A stretch of 12,571 nucleotides of DNA from Bdellovibrionia bacterium (GTDB lineage Bacteria; Bdellovibrionota; UBA1018), in the NCBI GenBank assembly GCA_049424145.1, contig JBMSSC010000083.1, positions 1-12,571 of the forward strand, written 5' to 3'. Under the pieces are notes generated by a model that was given only the letters and a program-made list of their open reading frames with translations, made no database searches and was not told the DNA's origin. Position 1 is the stretch's first letter; each line of letters begins with the position of its first letter. Made by a program: the position numbers and the translations under genes. Positions 7,190 through 12,571 of this stretch are shown here, piece by piece.

Positions 7190-8302
7190 TTAGGCTGCCC
7201 GATTGAGCTCTGTGGGAGCGGGGGTTGAATTTTTTACTTTCGGGTTTCTAAAAGCACTGGCTTTGATCTGATGTTTTCTTAAAAGTCTTAAGAAGTTGCT
7301 TCGGTCTAGGCCTGCTTTCTGAGCGGCATGGGTCACGTTGCCTTGGGTTTTTTCAAGGAGTGTCGTGAGGTACTGCCGTTCGAATGAATCGGACCACTGT
7401 TTTTTAAGCTGCATGAGGGGTTCGAGCTCGCGCTGAGCTAGGGGTAATCGGGTCGGTGGTTGTTCTAGTGAGGAAGAGGTTGGGCTTAAGAGGGTTAAGG
7501 TGGGGAGTCCTAAGCCATGGGGAGGTAGCGGTGTTTTTCCGGATTGGAGCAATGAAACACGCTGAAAGACGCTTTTCATTTCCAGTTCATTGCCGGGCCA
7601 GGGGTATTCTAAGATCACCTGCTCGGCCTCAGGGGAGAATCCTGAGAAGGGCTTTCCTAGAGCTTGAAAAGCGAGGTTGCCATAGAAGTGAGCCAAGGGG
7701 AGGAGGTCTTCTTTTTTCTCGCAAAGAGCGGGTAGGATCAGGGAAACGGAGCAAAGACGGTGGTATAGACCGCCTAAGAATTGGCCTTGTTGAACCTGGG
7801 TGCTTAAATCCATAGGGGATTGCGTGATCATTCTCAGGTTCATGGGGATGCGGCTTAATCCCCCGATGCGTTGAAAAGATTGGCCTTCTAAGGCGCGCTC
7901 CAGTTGCTTTTGAATGGAAAGAGGAAGTTTTTCCACGTGTTCTAAAAAGATCGTTCCTCCGGATGCGGCTTCAAAAAGTCCCCGCTCAATCTGGTGCCCA
8001 TTTGGGGTGACTTGTTCCGTTCCAAAGAGGGTGCGCTCAAAGTCCCCGTCCGATTCCAGGAGAGCGCAATTCAGGGCGATAAACGGCTGTTCTGCCCTTC
8101 GTGAGCCTTGATGGATCATTCGAGCAAGGCTCTCATGAGGAGCTCCCAGGGGGCTTTCTATGAACACGAGGGGTTCGGGTTGGTGTTCGTTTAAAGCCTG
8201 ATGCCTCAACTCCGCAATCCGGTGGTACACGGTGATCATGGCTTGGGATTTTGAGGAAAATAAAGGCTCATCTTCGCGATGGGGAAATAAAATGGGTTTC
8301 AT
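7190..8302 (-). CDS. Sigma54-activator (NtrC/Fis family)-like AAA+ protein with Fis-type HTH and degenerate catalytic motifs
   Basis: Retains ARMIH, PFIALNCA, LFG, GLFEAASGGTIFL, RIGG, LYHRL, YPWPGN and the HTH GNVTHAAQKAGLDRSNFLRLLRKH. Walker A, Walker B and GAFTGA are altered. No N-terminal sensor domain. Confidence 0.9.
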   Translation of the reverse strand: MKPILFPHREDEPLFSSKSQAMITVYHRIAELRHQALNEHQPEPLVFIESPLGAPHESLARMIHQGSRRAEQPFIALNCALLESDGDFERTLFGTEQVTPNGHQIERGLFEAASGGTIFLEHVEKLPLSIQKQLERALEGQSFQRIGGLSRIPMNLRMITQSPMDLSTQVQQGQFLGGLYHRLCSVSLILPALCEKKEDLLPLAHFYGNLAFQALGKPFSGFSPEAEQVILEYPWPGNELEMKSVFQRVSLLQSGKTPLPPHGLGLPTLTLLSPTSSSLEQPPTRLPLAQRELEPLMQLKKQWSDSFERQYLTTLLEKTQGNVTHAAQKAGLDRSNFLRLLRKHQIKASAFRNPKVKNSTPAPTELNRAA

Positions 8303-8309
8303 ATGGGGG

Positions 8310-8338
8310 TTTTCGGAAGAATCCGGGGTGGAACTTAA
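8310..8338 (-). promoter_or_regulatory. Candidate sigma28 (FliA)-like promoter
   Basis: Minus strand TTAAG-N16-TCCGAAAA (consensus TAAA-N15-GCCGATAA), ending 7 nt before ATG 8302. No Shine-Dalgarno sequence. Confidence 0.35.
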
Positions 8339-8356
8339 GAAAAAACACTTCCGCCC

Positions 8357-8848
8357 TTAAAGTGAAAGATCAAGGTCTTGTTTTTCTTCAGGTTTTTTAG
8401 TGGATTTCCAGCGAATGGCCGTTGCCTGGGTCAGGATCTGTCCTTCCGCTCCATCGTCCGAGCACTCCGGTGTGGGGTAGGTCTCTCGCCGTCCATCTTC
8501 TAAGAAGACCACGGATCGAACATCGATGACCGCTTGCCCTCCTTTTTTTTGAGCAAGCTTCACTAAGGTCTCCACCGACTCGTTAAATGCGTTCTGACAG
8601 AGATCCCCCTCCTCGTGTTGGTCGTCTAGGGAAATGAACTCCACGCGCGAGCGCACGGTTCCTAGCACCTCATACGGGCGCTTGACCGGGCCAATAAAGG
8701 CCATTCCTTTGGGAAAAGAATGAGGGGTAAATCGAGGGGCGGGAAGCGAGCTGCAACTGAGGCCAAGCAGGCTCAGGAGGAGCCAAACCTTAGGACTCAA
8801 GGGTTCATGGGGCATCCATCCGCCGTGGGTAGTTTCGTTTTGAGTCAT
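8357..8848 (-). CDS. Putative lipoprotein with a YbjQ/UPF0145-like domain
   Basis: Lipobox-like LLGLS-C. RPYEVLGTV...LVKLAQKKGGQAVIDVR...ATAIRW resembles YbjQ-like domains. Two additional Cys. The start codon is uncertain. Confidence 0.7.
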   Translation of the reverse strand: MTQNETTHGGWMPHEPLSPKVWLLLSLLGLSCSSLPAPRFTPHSFPKGMAFIGPVKRPYEVLGTVRSRVEFISLDDQHEEGDLCQNAFNESVETLVKLAQKKGGQAVIDVRSVVFLEDGRRETYPTPECSDDGAEGQILTQATAIRWKSTKKPEEKQDLDLSL

Positions 8849-8856
8849 CGCTGCTC

Positions 8857-8886
8857 AGTGTACACCGGAGGAAAGGCTTTTGACAA
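8857..8886 (-). promoter_or_regulatory. Candidate sigma70 promoter for the lipoprotein gene
   Basis: Minus strand TTGTCA (8886-8881)-18 nt-TACACT (8862-8857), ending 8 nt before ATG 8848. Confidence 0.5.
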
Positions 8887-8911
8887 AGTTCAGATGGAAA
8901 AAGTAGACCCC

Positions 8912-9014
8912 TAAAAGCAGTAAAGGACCCGGAGGAGCTAGCCTCAAGGTCCTTTATCGCCACGGGAACCCCATCAGTGTGTGGGGGGGGGAAGTGGGAG
9001 TCCCCATGGAAACT
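8912..9014 (-). ncRNA. Candidate small regulatory RNA with C-rich loop and intrinsic terminator
   Basis: Stem 9009-8995/8973-8960 encloses the loop CUUCCCCCCCCCACACACUGA. Second stem UAAAGGACC..GAGG-CUAGCU-CCUC..GGUCCUUUA followed by UUUU. Has its own promoter-like elements upstream. Confidence 0.6.
8913..8959 (-). terminator. Intrinsic terminator hairpin
   Basis: TAAAGGACC (8921-8929)/GGTCCTTTA (8948-8956) perfect arms with an inner GAGG/CCTC pairing. Minus-strand TTTT at 8916-8913. Confidence 0.65.
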
Positions 9015-9020
9015 GAGCGC

Positions 9021-9081
9021 AAGTTATCCGATCCGATGTCAGCTGACAAGAGAAAAAAACACTTTTTTTGAATTTTTTTTT
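9021..9081 (-). promoter_or_regulatory. Sigma70-like promoter with UP-element-like A-tracts and a palindromic operator
   Basis: TTGTCA (9049-9044)-17 nt-TAACTT (9026-9021). Palindrome TGTCAGCTGACA at 9037-9048. A/T tracts at 9051-9081. Confidence 0.55.
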
Positions 9082-9103
9082 AATCAGCTTTCCAGGGAGC
9101 TTC

Positions 9104-10048
9104 TCAGGGGAGGAAGCTGTGGTGGGAAGCATTTTGCTGACATTCCTCCACCTCGGCTTGCGTCAGGCCGATTTCCTCTCGAGCCACCTGAATCTCATGC
9201 GGTAGACTCACCCCAAAAATACTCGGATCATCCGTGTTGATGCAGACGGGGACCTGAGCCCTTAAAGCCAGAGGAAGCGGATGAGCCTTGAGGCTGGGTA
9301 CCGCTTGAGTGAGCCAGTTACTCGTGGGGCACATCTCCAGGCAGATCTTCCGAGTTTTGAGCTCCTCAATGAGCAGGGGATCTTGAAAACTCTGGATCCC
9401 ATGACCAATGCGCTCGGCCCCTAGAAGCTCCAAGGCTTCCCAGACGTTTTCCGGTCCACTGGCCTCGCCCGCATGCACGGTGATGCGCGCTCCAGTTTTT
9501 TTAGCCCTCTGAAACGACGATTCAAAGAGTCGACAAGGGAATTGAGCCTCATTTCCAGCGAGATCCAGCCCAATGAACTCATCTCGGTGCCGTAGGAAAA
9601 AATCCACAGTCTGATCCACTCGCTCCGCCCCGTAGTCCCGGCTGGCGATACAGATTAACCCTGCCTGCATCTCTGGGTAATGCTGGATTCCTCGTTGAAT
9701 TCCCTGACGAAAGGCCAACAGCACGTCTTCAAAGGAGAGTCGGCTAAATTCGCTCACAAACTCAGGGCTATAGCGAAACTCCACCTTTCGGGTTCCTTCC
9801 CTAAAGCAGTCCTCCACGGCTTCAAATCCCACCTGCTCAATCACCTCGGGCCGATCCAATACCTTCTGATATAAGGTGAACTGCGCTAAGACCTCACTCA
9901 AATTCGATAGAGGCTTTCTTAGGACCTGCTTTTGTTCAAAGGCTTGCAGACTCGTGCTCTGAGCCTCAAACCCCCGCTCTTGAGCGAGCCTTAAAAGCGT
10001 GCTGAGTCGCAGGGAAACATCCAGATGCCGATGCAGTTCCGTCTGCAT
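9104..10048 (-). CDS. add: Adenosine/adenine deaminase family protein
   Basis: ELHRHLD (HxH metal ligands), EFRYSP, GLDLAGNE, TVHAGEA, RIGHG, EMCPTSN, INTDDP. Exact substrate unverified. Confidence 0.9.
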   Translation of the reverse strand: MQTELHRHLDVSLRLSTLLRLAQERGFEAQSTSLQAFEQKQVLRKPLSNLSEVLAQFTLYQKVLDRPEVIEQVGFEAVEDCFREGTRKVEFRYSPEFVSEFSRLSFEDVLLAFRQGIQRGIQHYPEMQAGLICIASRDYGAERVDQTVDFFLRHRDEFIGLDLAGNEAQFPCRLFESSFQRAKKTGARITVHAGEASGPENVWEALELLGAERIGHGIQSFQDPLLIEELKTRKICLEMCPTSNWLTQAVPSLKAHPLPLALRAQVPVCINTDDPSIFGVSLPHEIQVAREEIGLTQAEVEECQQNASHHSFLP

Positions 10049-10845
10049 TAGGCGCCCATGATGTGGGCACCGCTATCCACATACAAGGTTGAGCCGGTGA
10101 TGTGTTTTCCCATCGGAGAGCAGAGAAACGCAGCCAGCGTTCCCACGTCTTCGCCGTCAATGGTTTCATGAAGCGGGGTTTTCTCCTCCGCCGACGAGAG
10201 CATGGATCTGAAGTTCTTAATCCCAGCAGCAGCCAGGGTCTTAATGGGACCCGCTGAAATCGCATTGACCCGAATCTTCTTGGACCCCAGATCATAGGCT
10301 AAGTAGCGGACACTGGCCTCCAATGCGGCCTTCGCAACACCCATGACATTATAGTTGGGGACTACCTTCTCGGCGCCATAGTAGCTTAGGGTCACAATCG
10401 AGCCGTTTCTGCCTTCCATCAAAGGTTCAGCGCGTTTTGCCGTGGCCACGAGCGTGTAAGCACTGATGTCCAACGCCAGCTGAAACCCCGCACGTGAAGT
10501 ATCGACGAATCGTCCTTCTAAGTCCTCTTTATTGGCAAAAGCAACGGAGTGAATGAGATAATCTAAGTGTCCCCAGCGAGTCTTGATTTTTTCAAACAGC
10601 GCATCAATCTGAGCGTCATCCGAAAGATTGCAAGGCTCAATGATTTCAGCTTGGACGGATTCCGCCAGAGGTCTCACTCGTCTTTCTAAAGACTCCCCTA
10701 AAAAGTTAAACGCAAGCTTGGCTCCTCCCTGATGAAGTTCCTTAGCAATGGACCAAGCTAAGCTCCGCTCATTGGCCACGCCGAGAATGAGGCCGGTCTT
10801 TCCTGCAAATAAGTTTTCAAATCGTTTTTCTGTTGGATTCATCAT
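10048..10845 (-). CDS. fabI: Enoyl-ACP reductase (NADH)
   Basis: GVANERSLAWSIA, HSVAFA, LSYYGAEKVVPNYNVMGVAKAALEASVRYLA, NAISAGPIKTLAA. GGGAG Shine-Dalgarno upstream. Confidence 0.97.
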   Translation of the reverse strand: MMNPTEKRFENLFAGKTGLILGVANERSLAWSIAKELHQGGAKLAFNFLGESLERRVRPLAESVQAEIIEPCNLSDDAQIDALFEKIKTRWGHLDYLIHSVAFANKEDLEGRFVDTSRAGFQLALDISAYTLVATAKRAEPLMEGRNGSIVTLSYYGAEKVVPNYNVMGVAKAALEASVRYLAYDLGSKKIRVNAISAGPIKTLAAAGIKNFRSMLSSAEEKTPLHETIDGEDVGTLAAFLCSPMGKHITGSTLYVDSGAHIMGA

Positions 10846-10869
10846 GGACTGCTCCCTTTTTGAGACTTT

Positions 10870-11200
10870 TTTGCAACACAGGACTCAAAGCTCCTTGGAT
10901 CCTCGCAAGAGTCCTGTGCGTTTTATCCCTGAATCGCTCCCCCCTCGACGCTTGGAGGGATACGGCTCAGGCTCTATTTCTGCCCACGCTCATGTGCCCG
11001 AACTCAGTTCACAAAGTAGGCCGAAGGTTGACTGAAGTTGGACTCTTTTTTTGATTCCGCCTTTCGGTCAAGAATCGTCAAACAAAAAGAGGTCTATTCC
11101 AGACTTCAACCATTCGGTTTTTAATCGATTCATGGGCCGTGCTGGAATCTGACTGTTTTCCACGCCATGAGTTCTTCAAGAGATTAAAAAACGAAGGTCC
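10870..11200 (-). ncRNA. Long structured non-coding leader or ncRNA upstream of fabI, family unidentified
   Basis: Four stem-loops (11130-11170, 11021-11117, 10924-10962, 10877-10918) plus long-range complementarities. No credible ORF. Lies downstream of a perfect TTGACA. Confidence 0.5.
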
Positions 11201-11202
11201 AG

Positions 11203-11233
11203 ATTAAATACAAACGGACCAACCCCCTGTCAA
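11203..11233 (-). promoter_or_regulatory. Candidate sigma70 promoter for the leader/fabI-add transcript
   Basis: Perfect TTGACA (11233-11228), then TATTTA at 17 nt or TTTAAT at 19 nt spacing. Confidence 0.5.
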
Positions 11234-11356
11234 GCTCCTAAGATCTGAGACAAAATGGCTGCAGGAGTTTCCCGTGTTGTGTCGTATGGTAGGTCGAGAG
11301 ACGATGGGTACTAGGTCCATTGCGAAACGAAGAGGATCCGAGGAGGAAATCGAGAG

Positions 11357-12571
11357 ATGCTAAGAGCTCCACAGAGCATAAGAAAATGGCTTTCACTTAA
11401 GCCCGTGGAGGGGATCCCGGGTGAGTCAGGTAAACGGACTGTCCGTCTTGGGGTGGGAGTGTTTGATGGTCTTTGTTTTCTTCTGCTTCTCATTGGGTTT
11501 TGCGGTGGTGTCTCCGTTCACGGGCGACTGGTTCTGAAGCATGCGGCTGATTTGCGTCGAGCGGTGATTCTCCTCTCTGGAATCGTTTTTTTCTTTCGAC
11601 CCCATTGGGTTGCCCAGAGCCATTGGTTTCGCTTGATTCAGGCAGGCGCTCAGGCGCTGGGCGGTCCACGGGTGAGGCGAGGGGTGATTCTGGGAGTGAT
11701 GCTTTGGGCCATGATCTTAGCTGTTCTTCAAGTGCAGGTGCTCGCCGTGCCTCTGTATGATGTGGGGATTTTTCATCAAGTGCTTTGGAGTTTGTCTCAG
11801 GGCCTAGGCTTTCATAGCTCCATCAGTGGGGCTCAGAACTTTTTAACGGATCACTCCTCGGTGGCTTTGGCCCTGCTTCTGCCTTTTTTTCAGATGAGCG
11901 GGGGGAGTGTCTATTTTCTTCCTGTGATTCAGGGGGTGTTGTTGTGGGGTGGAGCTTGGGCCTGGGTTCGTCTGGCTGAGCGGCTGTCTGAGTCCGATCC
12001 CGCCCTAGCTTCTTCTCTTCCAGGTGCGACCGTGGTTTTTATTCTAGGATTTGAGAGTCTTTGGAGAAATCTTCGATGGGGGTTTCATGAGAATGCGATT
12101 TATTTTTTTCTCCTGTCCTGGGCCCTGTATTTTTACTACCGCAGTGAACATGTCCATTCCTTAACCGATGAGTTGCGCGGCGGTCGGAGTCCATCAGTTT
12201 GGGAGCAGCCTAGGTTTCTCCGAGCCTTAGTTTTTTGTCTTTTTTTAGGCGCAGCTGCAGCAAAGGAAATTTTACTTCTCAATTTGGCATTGGGATTTCT
12301 CATTTGGTGTGCTTTGGATGGGAAGAAGCGCAAGTGGACTTTCGGAGAGCTTGGGTTCTTCGTCTTGAGGGTAGGCGCTGCAATCGCCCTTTTCTTGGGC
12401 TTTCTTGCCTTTGAGACCATGGGTCATCCGGCGGATAAGAATTATTTTAATCGCTATTACGCCTACCTGGGAGCCAGTCTTCCAGACTTTTTAAGTAACC
12501 TGCTTGCGTCACCCCAGAAGGTGATTGAAACGGTGGGACTCGGGGCTCTGTTGAAGTATGGTTTTCAGGTG
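11357..12571 (+). CDS. DUF2079-like polytopic membrane protein (putative GT-C glycosyltransferase), 3' truncated by the window edge
   Basis: Not in the ORF track. Hand translation: ATG 11357 after AGGAGG (11341-11346), in-frame TAG upstream at 11312, open to the window end. Motifs YDVGIFHQVLWSLSQG, NFLTDHSS, WGFHE, AAKE, RYYAYLG and many TM segments. Confidence 0.8.
   Translation, partial: MLRAPQSIRKWLSLKPVEGIPGESGKRTVRLGVGVFDGLCFLLLLIGFCGGVSVHGRLVLKHAADLRRAVILLSGIVFFFRPHWVAQSHWFRLIQAGAQALGGPRVRRGVILGVMLWAMILAVLQVQVLAVPLYDVGIFHQVLWSLSQGLGFHSSISGAQNFLTDHSSVALALLLPFFQMSGGSVYFLPVIQGVLLWGGAWAWVRLAERLSESDPALASSLPGATVVFILGFESLWRNLRWGFHENAIYFFLLSWALYFYYRSEHVHSLTDELRGGRSPSVWEQPRFLRALVFCLFLGAAAAKEILLLNLALGFLIWCALDGKKRKWTFGELGFFVLRVGAAIALFLGFLAFETMGHPADKNYFNRYYAYLGASLPDFLSNLLASPQKVIETVGLGALLKYGFQV

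Noticed and set aside
7190..8356. bEBP-like gene as a pseudogene with a frameshifted receiver domain
   Set aside because: The frame is intact with the HTH preserved, and only 54 nt separate it from the upstream gene, so no lost domain is present.
8912..9014. SRP RNA, tRNA or c-di-GMP riboswitch identity for the ~100-nt RNA
   Set aside because: No SRP GGAA tetraloop/AGCAG motif, no cloverleaf or TTCG arm, and no GEMM GAAA-tetraloop/receptor motif.
9018..9035. Sigma54 -24/-12 promoter for the candidate sRNA (GG...TTGC)
   Set aside because: GG-to-GC spacing is 7 or 12 nt rather than the required 10. The sigma70 reading fits better.
8977..9240. 87-aa plus-strand ORF (and 8720..8914)
   Set aside because: Antisense to add or the lipoprotein gene, crosses homopolymer tracts, and shows no protein-like features.
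10935..10968. Minus-strand GAGCCGTAT...GAGGGGGG resembling group II intron domain V/VI
   Set aside because: The complementary 3' strand of domain V (ACGTACGGTTC-like) is absent, and there is no reverse transcriptase or other intron domain.
10748..11054. Plus-strand ORFs 10748..11035 and 10833..11054
   Set aside because: They overlap the fabI start antisense, have no recognisable motifs, and the region is better explained as a structured leader.

Overview
Chromosomal bacterial segment. Gene content and style suggest Bdellovibrionota/Oligoflexia or a related deltaproteobacterial lineage (inference only). In order: a secreted hypothetical protein (-); a DHRS12-like SDR; feoA, feoB and a small CxxC membrane protein; a KamA-family lysine 2,3-aminomutase with terminator; then on the minus strand a membrane protein, a sigma54-activator-like AAA+/Fis-HTH protein whose catalytic motifs are degenerate, a YbjQ-like lipoprotein, adenosine deaminase and fabI; and finally a DUF2079-like membrane protein running off the right end, absent from the ORF track. 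I found no mobile element, CRISPR array, tRNA or rRNA. The strongest unexplained signals are non-coding. One is a ~100-nt candidate sRNA (8912-9014, minus) with its own sigma70-like promoter, a palindromic operator, a C9 loop and a terminator. The other is a ~330-nt heavily base-paired leader upstream of fabI-add (10870-11200, minus) with mutually exclusive pairings and a possible pseudoknot. The pseudo-ATPase enhancer-binding protein and several apparently leaderless promoters are also notable. All RNA structures were paired by eye, not computed.
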